Source of the DNA: an uncultured Acidobacteriota bacterium | GTDB taxonomy: Bacteria; Acidobacteriota; Vicinamibacteria; Vicinamibacterales; 2-12-FULL-66-21 | Direction of reading: 5' to 3' | Length of the DNA stretch: 64,000 bases | NCBI GenBank assembly: GCA_963695655.1 | Contig: CAVOHG010000009.1 | Location: forward strand, 372,012 to 436,011 | Shown: positions 40,467 through 51,156 of the stretch, piece by piece | How positions within the stretch are numbered: position 1 is the stretch's first letter | Layout: each line of letters opens with the position of its first letter | Translations under genes and position numbers: made by a program | Notes under the pieces: generated by a model | What the model was told of the DNA's origin: nothing | Seen by the model: the letters and a program-made list of their open reading frames with translations, nothing else | Databases searched by the model: none

Positions 40467-41018
40467 CGAACGACGATCTCTGGCGAACCCCACAGCGCGA
40501 GATCGTTGTCCTGGTTGTTGCCCTTGTTCGGCTCGCTCGCGTTCGTGTTCAGGATCAGCGCGACCTGCTCCCCGGCATAGGCTGACAGGTCGATCTTGAG
40601 CGGCGTCCACTTGCGATCCGACGGGTTGTTGTACGGATCGACGTGTTGCGTGAACAGCTGCTCGTACGCGCGACCGTCTGACACTCCGCCGTGGAACTTG
40701 ACGCCGTCGCCCAGGCTTCTCCCACGCCTCCGGCTTGAGCGCCACCCACACCCACAGCCACCCGTCGTCCGGAACCGTGACGTTCCAGGTCAGGCGGGTA
40801 CCGGCGGTGGGCGCAATCGCGATCGCCTTCCGCGTTTCGCCGTTCAGGTTCGCGTCGGTGACGGTGAACAGGTCGGGTGACGGTTGCTTCTTCGCCGATT
40901 CGAACTGGGCCACGAGATCGATGGAATGCGCGGCTTCCCCGCGCCTGAAGAGCCACCAGCCGACGACGATGAGCACGAGAACGACGACGATCGTGAGAGT
41001 CGTTCGATTTGCTTTCAT
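40463..41018 (-). pseudogene. Hypothetical N-terminally anchored protein, one frame break
   Basis: The N-terminus is MKANRTTLTIVVVLVLIVVGWWLF (TM helix), then ..TRLTWNVTVPDDGWLWVWVALKPEAWEKPG. The frame changes near 40700 into ORF 40463..40684 (..VSDGRAYEQLFTQHVDPYNN..ALWGSPEIVVR). I recognise no family. Confidence 0.5.
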
Positions 41019-41080
41019 GAAATTCAGCTGCCTCCGCTAAGACAAACGACTCAATTTATCATGCCACCCGGCACCGATGC

Positions 41081-41563
41081 CTATCGGACGCGCTCCTTCA
41101 CGGCTGCGCGTGTCTCGCGTTCGGCATCCCGCTTCTTGACCGTCTCGCGCTTGTCGTGCGCCTGCTTGCCCTTCGCCAGCCCAATCGCGACCTTCACGTG
41201 CCCGTTCTTGAAATACATCCGCGTCGGCACGAGCGTCATGCCCTTCTCCACCGTCCGGCCGATCAGTTTCCGGATCTCCTGGCGGCGCAGCAGCAGCTTG
41301 CGCCGGCGCGTCGGCTCGTGGTCGGCGTAGCCCCGGTGGCTGTAGGGATTGATGTGCACGTTCAGGATCCACACCTCGCCGTCTTCGACACTCGCGTAGC
41401 TGTCGCGGAGGTTCACGTTCCCTTCGCGAATGGCCTTGACCTCGGTGCCAAGCAGCGCGACGCCGGCCTCGAAGGTTTCGAGGATGTGGTAGTCGTGGAA
41501 GGCCTTGCGGTTCTCCGCAATGCTCTTCTGCGCCTGCTCGCGTTCGCTTTTCACCGTCGTCAC
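41081..41563 (-). CDS. smpB: SsrA-binding protein SmpB
   Basis: ORF 41081..41563(-), 160 aa, GTG start. It has IAENRKAFHDYHILETFEAGVALLGTEVKAIREG, WILNVHINPY and RRRKLLLRRQEIRKL. Confidence 0.93.
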   Translation of the reverse strand: MTTVKSEREQAQKSIAENRKAFHDYHILETFEAGVALLGTEVKAIREGNVNLRDSYASVEDGEVWILNVHINPYSHRGYADHEPTRRRKLLLRRQEIRKLIGRTVEKGMTLVPTRMYFKNGHVKVAIGLAKGKQAHDKRETVKKRDAERETRAAVKERVR

Positions 41564-43252
41564 CGTTCCCAGAACTGAAGAGTCATCCGTCCGTGCAGCT
41601 GCGTCCGCCGTTTCGTGAACGGAGCGAAGTCAACCGGGGTATCGCTCCAGCGGCTCACGACCAGCAGCGAGCCGAGATGTTGCGCCGCCAGCCGCGCGCC
41701 AAGCTGTTGCGGATCGCTCCGGCGTGTCGGCCAGTAGAAGAATTCTGCGGTAATACAACGGCAGGAGCAACTGGGCCGTGAACTCGTCGTCGGCAACGAC
41801 GATCCGCTCACCCGAATCGACCACGGCGCGCAGGCCTTTCACGTCCATGCGGTTGCGCGCGACATACGCGGGGATCGAGCCGAACGCATGAATCGCAATC
41901 GCGATGAGACCAGTGCGACGCCCGCGATCCCAACGTACTTGTCGAGAACCGTTGGCGCGCGAAGATACGCCTGGATCGCAAGCAGGGCGCTGGCAGCGAG
42001 AAGCGGGAGGAGGGGAAGAAGCAGCCGGGGGCCGAGCGACTTCCCGCCGGTGGTATCGACGCCCGCCAGGGCGATCACGAGATAAGCGGCCGCAGCAATA
42101 AGGATCGCCCGGCGCAGCCACCCGGACGTGGCTGAGCGAGTCCGACCGGCGAACGGCAAGAAGCGCGAAGACCAGGTAAGGACTGCCCCGCAACAGCCCG
42201 GCAACCCACTTCGGCGCCATGACGACGTCCTGCAGATCAATCGCCGCCAGCGCGACGATGCCGGCCAGCCACAGCGAGCAAGGCGAGGGACGACTTGCCG
42301 AGCCGCTGCAGAGCGAGAGCCAGAACAAGTCCAGCCGGCACCGAGCGCGATCAGCCAGTCATTCCCGTAACCGAGAAGCCAGTATTGGACGACCGTTTCG
42401 TACCGATCGCGCATCGTCAACGGCACGAGCACGGGACATCGGGGTTGGCCGCGTCGGTCAGATGCGCCGCTCGCTGCACGAGGTGCACGGCGTGCCGCAG
42501 ATGCGCCGCGGCAGGGCGCTGAAACCAGAGGACCTCGACGGCGGCCGCAGCCGACGAGCGGCACCAGCATCGCACCAACGGCGGCGACAGTCGTGCGAAC
42601 TGTCCGCGTTTGCCACCAGAGGACGAGCAGCACGCCGGGAAGGAGCAGCAGCGACTTCGTCACGCAGGACTGCGCCGGCGCCTAGAAGCGCGCCGGCAGT
42701 CGCGGCCGCACGCACGCCCCGCCCGCCGAACCGACAGTGCGAACGCGGCGGTGCCGAGGGCCACGGCGGGTGCATGCTCCCAGCCGCTCACACCGTAGAA
42801 CCACAGCGGGCTGCCGATTCCAAGCGCGACGAGCAGCGCCGCCCGTGCCCCCGCGGGGACGAGCAACAGAGGCCGCCCAGAGGGTGGCGACCGCCCCGAC
42901 AATGGACAGCACGATCAGTCCGCGCATCCCCGCCAGGCCAACGACCAGGCCTGGACACAGCCGAGAGCGGTGAGAAGATCGCCTGCATCGTCCCGGCCGT
43001 CGACATGAGGAAGGGCGGGCGCATCGGCAGGAACTCTCCGTCCGGATCGAGGAACGCTCCCGGGTACGGAATGTCCATGCTCGCGAACCGATGCAGTCCG
43101 AGCGCGCGCGCCTGCACGTACTTCACCCCGATGTCCCCCGAGTAGACCGCCTCCGGTGCGAGCACCAACAGACCCAGGACTGCATAGAAGAGAGCGAAGG
43201 CACTCAGCACGACGCGCGGTCGGCTGGTAATCCAGGCGAGCGCGCTAGGCAT
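41560..43252 (-). pseudogene. Polytopic membrane protein of unknown function (GT-C-like topology), several frame breaks
   Basis: It is assembled from ORFs 42788..43252 ([33 protein letters not shown]..), 42660..42902, 41839..42663, 41630..42328 and 41560..41811. The last frame ends with a stop that forms a GTGA overlap with the smpB start, which supports the 3' end. The family assignment is weak. Confidence 0.45.
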
Positions 43253-44144
43253 TCACCCGCGTTCCCGAGGCCAGCCGTGCCGCCAGCCGGATTGCCTCGA
43301 TCATGCTCGACGGATCCGCGACGCCCTGCCGGGCAATATCGAACGCGGTTCCGTGGTCGACCGAGGTCCGGATGATCGGCAGCCCGAGCGTGACATTCAC
43401 GGCTTTGCCGAACGCGACGAGCTTGACCGGGATCAATCCCTGATCGTGATAACACGCGACGACCGCATCGAACTCGCCGCGCATCGCCCGGACGAAGACC
43501 GTGTCTGCGGGAAACGGACCGCCGATCTCGACTCCTCGCGGCTCGGCACGCCCGAACCGCGGGCGCCAGCACTTCGTCGTCTTCCCGGCCCATCAGGCCG
43601 TGCTCGCCTGCGTGCGGATTCAGCCCGGCGAGCGCCAGTCGCGGGGCGGCAAAACCGAATCGAGGCAATTCGCTCGCGGCAAGAGTGATGATCGATTCCA
43701 CCGCGGCTTGCGTCAGCGCGCCGGGCACCTCGGAGAGGGGAATGTGCACCGTCGCCAGGACGACGCGAAGCGACTCCGCGTAAAACATCATCGCGACCTG
43801 GCGAGCGCCAGTGAGATGGGCGAGCAGATCCGTGTGGCCTCTCCACGGCAGGCCGGCGGCGGCGAACGCTTCCTTGTTGATCGGCGCAGTCGCGACCGCG
43901 TCGATCTTGCGACTTCGCGCGTCGTCGACGGCACTGCACGACGGCGTCGTACGCAGCACGGCCAGCCTCGGCCGAGATCCGCCCACACGCGAAGGCGCGC
44001 AATCTCGTCTGGCTCATGAGGTCCATACAGAACAATGTCGCAGGCTTCTGCCAGGCTGGGATCCGCCGCAGCCTTCATCGCGATCTCTGGACCGATACCC
44101 GCAGGATCGCCCACGGTGACGCCGATTCGTGGCCGACCGCTCAT
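43245..44144 (-). pseudogene. pdxA: 4-hydroxythreonine-4-phosphate dehydrogenase PdxA, several frame breaks
   Basis: It reads MSGRPRIGVTVGDPAGIGPEI (ATG 44144, ATGA overlap with the ricT stop), DAVATAPINKEAFAAAGLPWRGHTDLLA, LAGLNPHAGEHG, and [33 protein letters not shown] (ORF 43245..43484). Confidence 0.85.
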
Positions 44145-44976
44145 CCGCACGTTCCACAGCTGCCTGAGGTGCAGGACCCGCAGCCCGTGCTCCCTTCACC
44201 CGGCCCGCGTCGGGTTGCCGCAGGAACCGCAGCCTCCTTCGTCGGCGCAGCCGCCGTGCTGTCACGCCTTTCCCGTTCGGGAGCTCGTAGCGCAGGCAGC
44301 ACTTCAACCGGCCGCACATCCCCGAGAGCTTCGACGGATTGAGGCTCAGGTTCTGCTGCTTGGCCATCTTGATCGACACCGGCTCGAAGGTGTTCAGGAA
44401 AGTCGTGCAGCAGAGCGGACGCCCGCACGAACCGTAGCCCCCGAGCATCTTGGCCTCGTCGCGGACGCCAATCTGGCGCATCTCGATCCGGATGCGGAAG
44501 TGCGCGGCCAGGTCGCGCACGAGCTCACGGAAGTCGACCCGCCCTTCCGCCGTGTAATAGAAGATCAGGCGCGATCCATCGAACAGCTGTTCCACCCGGG
44601 CGAGCTTCATCGCCAGCCCGCGTTCTCGAATCTTCATCAGGCAGATGCGCTGGGCTTCCTGCTCCCGATGCTGCTGCTTGAGCCGCGTGACGACGTCGTC
44701 GCGCGTCGCGCGCCGGACGACCTGCAGCTCTGAATCCGGAGGAGGGGCCTTCCGTGCGGCGAGTGCCGGCAACCTGCGGGTGACGGTCCCGAGCGCCGTC
44801 CCTTCGGCGGTGTTGACGACGACGGCATCGCCGGGAGCGAGCGGTTCCGGTGCGGGCCGCGCATCCGCGTAGTCGCCGTTTGCATCGAGCGCAAGCTCCG
44901 GCAGCAGGAACGAAAACGTCCGGCCGACCGGCGAGAACTTGACGCTGATGAACGGGCGCGGGGGCCCGGAGCTCAT
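44141..44976 (-). pseudogene. PSP1 domain protein (RicT/YaaT-like), one frame break near the 3' end
   Basis: ORF 44014..44976(-) has RVDFRELVRDLAAHFRIRIEMRQIGVRDEAKMLGGYGSCGRPLCCTTFL..MCGRLKCCLRYE. After about 44290 the authentic frame is ORF 44141..44428, ending in the typical Cys/Gly tail GCGSCTSGSCGTCG*. Confidence 0.8.
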
Positions 44977-45009
44977 GGCGACGGCCTCTATAGCGGGGGA
45001 CCCGGGACG

Positions 45010-45034
45010 GCGGCGTTCGAACGACGAACGCCGC
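45010..45034. other. Perfect 10-bp stem / 5-nt loop hairpin between holB and ricT
   Basis: GCGGCGTTCG-AACGA-CGAACGCCGC. There is no flanking T/A run on either strand. Confidence 0.7.
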
Positions 45035-45039
45035 AGACG

Positions 45040-46077
45040 CTAGATCTGGAAAGCGAGCCAGTCGGCGACGATCTTCGGGCTCGCGTTCCGCTCGAGCGCC
45101 GAAAGCGCCCGGTCGACCGCTGAAAACGCACGAAGAGCACGTTCGCCGTCGAACGACCGCTGGAGCCGCTCGAGCAGCGGCCGGAGGTCGGCGTTGGCGA
45201 GCGCGTGCTCGTCCGCACGGGAAAGCAGGACCCCGAGGTCACGCAGAATCGACGACAGCGCGTGCAGCCGGCGCGCCAGTTCATCCCGATCGCTGCCTCC
45301 GCGCACGGCTCCAGTCAGCGCCTTCGCGCCTTCGAGCCTGCGCCGCGGATCGTTCGACGTGGCCACGCTGTCCAGCAGCCCGGCGGCTGCCTCACGCGCG
45401 TCCACGAAGCCTTCGACGCCTCCTTCGAGGGCCGCGCCGATGCTGCCGTCCGACAACGACGCGGCCGCATGCGCGTCCGCCTCGCTGTAATCATGGCTCG
45501 ACATCAGCACCGCCGCGACATCCGCCGGGGCGAGCCGCCCAAAGCGGAGGCGGTGACATCGCGAACGCACCGTCGGCAGCAGCACATCCGGACGCGACGT
45601 CACCAGGACGAAGACCGACGCCGGAGGCGGCTCCTCCAGGGTCTTGAGCAGCGCGTCCTGCGCCCGGATCATCAAGGCATCCGCCTCGTCGATGACGACG
45701 ACGCGTCGCCGACCCTCGAACGGCCTGTAGGCGGTCCGCTCGATCGCCTCACGCACCTGATCGACCTTGATCGCCCCGGTATCGCCGGGAGCAACCTGCA
45801 GCACGTCCGCGTGCACGCCGCGCGCGATCCGCTTGCACGATGCGCAGACGCCGCAGGCATCAACAGCATGACCGCCGGGTTCAGCAGAGGCGCCGTCGAC
45901 ATTGGATTGAACGGGAGTAAGGCAGTTCAGGAGCTGGGCCAGCGCGATGGCGGTCATGCGCTTTCCGACACCTTCCGGACCGGCAAAAATCAGGCTGGGG
46001 GGCAGCGACTCGCGGGCAGCGGCTCGTGCCAGCAATTCGTTGACGTGTGCGTGCCCTTTGATGTCTCTGAACGGCAT
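45040..46077 (-). CDS. holB: DNA polymerase III subunit delta'
   Basis: ORF 45040..46077(-), 345 aa. It has SLIFAGPEGVGKRMTAIALAQLLNC, CGVCASCKRIARGVHADV, VVVIDEADALMIRAQDALLKTLEEPP and LLPTVRSRC. Confidence 0.9.
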   Translation of the reverse strand: MPFRDIKGHAHVNELLARAAARESLPPSLIFAGPEGVGKRMTAIALAQLLNCLTPVQSNVDGASAEPGGHAVDACGVCASCKRIARGVHADVLQVAPGDTGAIKVDQVREAIERTAYRPFEGRRRVVVIDEADALMIRAQDALLKTLEEPPPASVFVLVTSRPDVLLPTVRSRCHRLRFGRLAPADVAAVLMSSHDYSEADAHAAASLSDGSIGAALEGGVEGFVDAREAAAGLLDSVATSNDPRRRLEGAKALTGAVRGGSDRDELARRLHALSSILRDLGVLLSRADEHALANADLRPLLERLQRSFDGERALRAFSAVDRALSALERNASPKIVADWLAFQI

Positions 46078-46137
46078 GGTGGCAACCGACCGAATCGTAT
46101 CATGCGCAGCTGAGCCGGAAGGGTACCGGTACTTTCG

Positions 46138-48513
46138 TTACTGGTCTGACTTCTTCTTGTCCTCCTTCTTTTTGTCGTCGTCTCCCTTGTCCTTCTTTCC
46201 GAAGACCTTCGACCAGAATCCGCGTTTCTTGGGCTGTTCGTCGGTCGCCGTTCCGCCGTGGATCTCGTCGGACGCCGCCGCCGTCGGCGGGTGGTCCGAC
46301 GCACCTGTCGTGCCCCGGTGCTCCGGAACCGGCACCCCGGCCTGCTCGGGCGGAACCGGCGGTTCCGAATGCGCGCCGAACAGCCCCGCGAGCTTGTCCA
46401 TCAGGGATGACGATGGGTGCAGCGGGCACACGTCCGTTGGCTGCGTCCCGGTGACGAAGTACTCGGTGTAGATCATCGACCGCGATTCGGTGCCGCCATC
46501 GCGATTGACCACTTCGACGCTGTTGCAGCCCTCGTTGGGGAGCTTCCCCGACACGCGGCAGACGTTGACGCCGATCACATTCGACGGACGGTCGAACCAC
46601 TCGGGTTTATCCCCTTTGGTCGCAACCTTCATGAAGCTCGCCCATAGCGGCACCGCGATATCGCCGGCGTAGCCATTCGACGTGATCGTGGACGGCTGAT
46701 CGAAGCCGACCCACACCCCGGTCACGAGGTGAGGCGTGTACCCGATAAACCAGGCATCGACATAGTCGTTGGTCGTGCCGGTCTTCCCCGCCGCCGGCAG
46801 CGTGAAGCCGGCCTGCCGCGCACGATTGGCCGTGCCGGCATTGATCACGTCGGCGAGCATGCTCGACATCAGAAACGCCGTCGCTTCGCTTACGGCCCGG
46901 TGCGACTTCGCCTGGTCGGTGTACAGGACGTTACCGTCACTGTCCTCGACCTTCCGGATGAGGAGCGGCTGCCGGACGATGCCGGTGTCGGCGAAGGCGC
47001 CGTAGGCGGCGGTGAGCGAGATGAGCGTGACTTCGCTGGCACCGAGCGCAAGGGACGGGACGCTCGGCGGCGTTCCGACGTTGAGCTTCTGTGCGTAGGA
47101 GACCGCCTTCGGAATCCCGACCGTGTTGAGCATCTGGACCGCGGCGCGGTTACTCGAGGTCCGCAATGCCGTGCGGATCGTCATCGAGTCGGCGGTCGAG
47201 TGCTCGTCCTCGGGGACCCAGTCGCCCTGTGGCGTCGCAATCGGGTCGTCCAGGTTCGTAATCAGCGACGCCGGGGTATACCCTGCTTCCAGCGCCGCAG
47301 CATAGACGAACGGCTTGAACGCCGACCCCGCCTGCCGCTTCGCCTGCACCGCACGGTTGAAGTGACTCTCGCCGAAGTCGCGCCCGCCAACCATGGCGCG
47401 GACGTACCCTGTCGCAGGGTCCATCGCGACCAGCGCGCCCTGCAGGTACTGCGCGAGTTCGCCTTCCTTTGCCGGGGGCTGCTTCGCCCGGGGCACGTGT
47501 GGAAAGCGCGGACGGCGCTCGATGTCGACGAGTGCCTTTTCGACCAGCTTCTCTGCTTCCTGCTGGAGGTCGGGGTCGAGCGTGGTGAACACACGCAGTC
47601 CGCCGCGATAGACGCGCTGCCAGCCGAATCGCTCAACCAGCTCACGCCGGACCTGCTCCTTGAAATAGAGGCCGAACGTCTCCTTGATCTCGAGCGCGTT
47701 CTTCAGATGGACACGGGTCTGTCTTCGCCCGCTCGGCCGTCGCCTGATCGATCGCCCCCGACACGACCATCGTCTGCAGCACGACGTTGCGGCGCGCGAT
47801 GGCGCGCTCGAGATTCACCGTCGGCGCATAGCTCGAAGGCGACTGGATCAATCCGGCGATGAGGGCTGCCTCATCGACCGTGAGATCGCTTGACGATTTG
47901 CCGAGGTACCCTCGCGACGCGGCTTCGACGCCGTAAAGACCGTCACCCAGGTACACCTTGTTCGAGATACAGCTCGAGGATGTCCTTCTTGCCGTACATC
48001 TTTTCGATATACGCGGCGAGGATCACTTCCTTGAGCTTTCGCCGATAGGTCTTGCCGCGGCTGAGGAAACTCTGGCGCGCGAGCTGCTGCGTGATGGTGC
48101 TGCCGCCTTCGCTCCGTCGTCCGGTCTCGAGATTCTTGATGACCGCGCCGATCACGCGAATCCCATCGACCCCACCGTGCTCGTAGAACCGCTGATCCTC
48201 CACCGAGATGACCGCCTTGATCAGGTTCGGTGAGATCTTGTCGAGCGGCACTTCGATCCGCTGTTCCTTGAAGATCGTGAAAACGGGCTTGTCGGCCACG
48301 TCGAGGAGCGTCGTCGATTGCGCCATGTCGCCAAGGCCGCGCAGCGCGGTGCGGTCGGGCAATCCGGTGGTCAGATCGTGGCTGAACCATGCCACCCAGC
48401 CGGCACGCGAGGAAAACGATAATGGCCAGGGCCGCAACGGTAGCCGTCAGGGTGCGCGGACGGCCCGCGAACGCTTTATGGATGAAGTCGAACCGGGGAG
48501 CTCGTAGTCGCAT
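46138..48513 (-). pseudogene. mrcA: Penicillin-binding protein 1A (bifunctional transglycosylase/transpeptidase), about 4 frame breaks
   Basis: ATG 48513 gives MRLRAPRFDFIHKAF.. plus a TM helix. ORF 47943..48437 has ISVEDQRFYEHGGVD and GGSTITQQLAR. ORF 47642..47956 has YLGDGLYGVEAASRGYLGK. ORF 46138..47592 has SAFKPFVYAAAL (SxxK), TSSN and KTGTTND, followed by a Lys-rich tail. Confidence 0.88.
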
Positions 48514-48746
48514 CGAAAGCTCTTCGCACGCAAAACCAGGGCCTGCGGCCGAGTCTCGCGCCCGCTCCGGCTCCTACTCCTTACCCTAGCAGGACGAATG
48601 CGGAAACGCGGGCAAATTCCGCGGTTGTCGCAACAACCCTGCTCCTTCGGTCGGTTGACGGGGTCAACAACCGGAAAGGACCGCCGCCGGAGCATGGCGT
48701 GTCGGGATGCCGTGTCAGCCGAAGGTCTGTTACACTCCGGCGCATT

Positions 48747-49379
48747 ATGAGCACCCTTTTGCGCGTTTCCTCTCTGCTTTTTGTCCTCGGATTTCAGGCC
48801 GCCCCGACCGAACCTGGCTGGACGAGCCTTTTCAACGGAAAGGATTTGACCGGCTGGAAAGTCGTCACGCCGGCGTCATGGACCGTCAAGGACGGCGCGA
48901 TCGTGGCGAATGGCATGGCCGGCCATGTTTATTACGACGGCGAGTTCAAGAACCACATGTTCCGCAACTTCGAGCTCAAGGTGGACGTGATGGCGAAGGC
49001 GAATTCAAACGGCGGCGTCTATGTCCTGACCGAATACCAGGACACCGGATTCCCCAAGAAGGGATTCGAGATCCAGGTGAACAACACCTATAACCGCGAC
49101 CCTGTGAAGACGGGCAGCCTGTATCACGTGCAGGACGTCACCGAAGCGCTGCCGAAAGACGACGAGTGGTTCACCGAACACATCATCGTCAAGGGCAACA
49201 ACATCACCGTCAAGGTGAACGACAAGCAGGTGGTGGACTGGACGCAGCCCGCGGACTGGAACGGCGGCAAGGAGGGTCCAGGGCGCGCGATCAGTGGCCC
49301 GGGAACCATTGCGTTGCAGGCTCACGACCCGAACAGCACGGTGTACTACAAGAACATCCGGATCAAACCGCTCGACTGA
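48747..49379 (+). CDS. DUF1080 (3-keto-disaccharide hydrolase-like) domain protein, secreted
   Basis: ORF 48699..49379(+) trimmed to ATG 48747 (MSTLLRVSSLLFVLGFQA signal). It has WTSLFNGKDLTGWK, WTVKDGAIV, FRNFELKVDV, NSNGGVYV, FEIQVNN, KTGSLY and IALQAHDPNSTVYYKNIRIKPL. Confidence 0.85.
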   Translation: MSTLLRVSSLLFVLGFQAAPTEPGWTSLFNGKDLTGWKVVTPASWTVKDGAIVANGMAGHVYYDGEFKNHMFRNFELKVDVMAKANSNGGVYVLTEYQDTGFPKKGFEIQVNNTYNRDPVKTGSLYHVQDVTEALPKDDEWFTEHIIVKGNNITVKVNDKQVVDWTQPADWNGGKEGPGRAISGPGTIALQAHDPNSTVYYKNIRIKPLD

Positions 49380-50921
49380 CGGCCGACGGGAGAGGCGGAG
49401 CCGGCGTGCTCCGTCCCTCCCCCTTCTCGACGTACTGCCGCTCCGTCGCGCGGATCGCCTTGTACCTGGCGAATACCGCACGCGCATCCTCGAGACCAAT
49501 CGCCGACCGCCACGTACTGCCGCGGAAGGTATGGGCCATCATCCGTGCACCGTTCTTCAGCACGAACCCCGGATAGTGCCTCACGACCGAAGGAAGGTGG
49601 CGCACCTTCATCCAACGCTCGGCCCGCCATCTCGAGAACTCGATATCGTCGGCGGAGAGATGACGGCTCTTGACGACTGCTGTCGTCCCGTCGTACTCCT
49701 CGACCCGCTCACTCACGATCAGCCCGCGTTCGCGAAAGTCCTTCGTCATCGGAGTGCCGGGGTAGGGGGTCGGATGCTGGATGTACGGCCAGTCGACGAA
49801 ACGGCTCGCAAACCGCAGGTTCGTGTCGATCGACTCCTGCGTGTCATCGGGATTGCCGACGATGATGCCGCCGACGACGTACATGCCGGCACGGTGGATC
49901 CGATCGATGGCTGAGAGGGTCGCGTTGCCTGTCCTCCTGCCTCCCTCACGCTGGGCGTTCTTGGCGCTCGCCTTGAGGAACTCGAGGTCATCGTCGAGCA
50001 CATTCTCGATCCCCAGGAACACGTAGCGGAACCCGGCCGCGTGCATCAGCGGCGCGAGCGTCTCGCCATGATTGGCGATCGACGAGGTCATCGCCTGGAC
50101 GATGTAGTGGATGTCGTTGAAGCCGGCGGCGATGATCGCCCTGCACATCGCCTCGAACCGGGCGACGTTCAGCGTGATGTTGTCGTCGACGATGAAAATC
50201 GCGCGCGCGCCTCTCGCCCGTGCGTCGGCAATGTCGGCCAGGACTCGTTCGAACCCGAACGTGTGGAAGTTTCGACCGCGCATCTCGATGATCGAACAGA
50301 AGCTGCAGTCGAAGGTGCAGCCGCGCGAGGTTTCCACGATGTCAATCGGGCGGCCGAGAAAGGTGTACCCGTCGAGCACGCGCGAGCCGCGGTCAGGGAG
50401 CGCAATCGAGCCATCGTCCAGTCCGCTGACCGGTCGCGGCGGGTGGTGAACGAACCGGTTGCCGTCGTGGATCGACAGTCCCGCGAATCGCGTCAACCGG
50501 CTGGCCGCCGTTCCAGGCAGCGGAGCAGATCACGAAAGGTGAGGTCCCCTTCGCCGCGGACGATGAAGTCCACGCCCGACCCCGGTTCCTCGTAGGCTTC
50601 GGGCGCGAGGCTGGGGTCGTACCCGCCGGCCACGACCGTCACGCCCGGCTTGATCGCGCGAATCAGGCGGACGAGTTCGAGTGCGGTCTTGCGCTGGAAC
50701 GTCATCACCGAGAGGCCGACGACGTCAGGATCGCCGTCACGCATCAGGCGCTCGACCACGGATCGCACCTGCGCCTGGACGAGGACGAGATCGGCAACCG
50801 AGACGCGATGGTGCCGGTCGACATTGCCGGCGAGCGACGCCAGTGCTCCGTTCGGCATCCGCATCGTGAGTGCAGGCGTGTGCTCGAATGAGTCCGGCAT
50901 CGAGAGGAGCAGTACTCGCAT
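49363..50921 (-). pseudogene. B12-binding-domain radical SAM protein, one frame break near 50495
   Basis: ORF 50493..50921(-) reads MRVLLLSMPD..DVVGLSVMTFQ..VVAGGYDPS..IVRGEGDLTF (B12-binding domain). ORF 49363..50496(-) has IVETSRGCTFDCSFCSI (CxxxCxxC), IFIVDDNITLN and FLGIENV. Its 3' end overlaps the DUF1080 gene by 17 nt (convergent). Confidence 0.82.
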
Positions 50922-50948
50922 CGCAACCTCGTGTGGAAGCTTCGCCTC

Positions 50949-51155
50949 CAGCTGTCAGCTATCAGTTTTCAGCTATCAGCTATCAGCTTCAGTCAGCTCT
51001 GGCCATCGGCTTTTAACTTCAGCATCCGGATCATGGGATCCAGGAACTCGTTTCAGCCCTCAAGACTGCAACGTGCAGCTGATATCAGGTCTTTTCACCA
51101 ATAACTGATAGCTGATAGCTGACAGCTGATAACTGACAGGCGACAGCTGACAGCT
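50949..51155. repeat. Inverted arrays of the heptamer CAGCTAT flanking a core of about 100 bp
   Basis: Left arm (50949-50998): CAGCTGT CAGCTAT CAGTTTT CAGCTAT CAGCTAT CAGCTTC .. CAGCT. Right arm (51103-51155): AACTGAT AGCTGAT AGCTGAC AGCTGAT AACTGAC AGGCGAC AGCTGAC AGCT, which is the reverse complement. It fills the spacer between the LLM stop and the rSAM start. Confidence 0.9.
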
Positions 51156-51156
51156 C

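Noticed and set aside
41019-41640. tmRNA (ssrA) or another structured RNA next to smpB; more generally, any tRNA or rRNA in the window.
   Set aside because: The flanks of smpB are a 62-nt spacer and an overlapping protein gene. I saw no tRNA-like acceptor/T-arm sequence (GGTTCGA-type) anywhere in the window by eye. A covariance-model scan (Infernal/tRNAscan-SE) would be the definitive check.
50949-51155. Miniature inverted-repeat transposable element or IS remnant.
   Set aside because: The arms resemble terminal inverted repeats, but they are themselves heptamer tandem arrays. I found no flanking direct duplication, and there is no transposase or second copy in 64 kb. I kept it as a repeat finding, not as a mobile-element call.
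50922-51156. Cobalamin riboswitch upstream of the B12-binding radical SAM gene.
   Set aside because: Reading the minus strand, I could not find a B12-box-like conserved core or the expected multi-stem layout. The sequence is dominated by the heptamer repeats.
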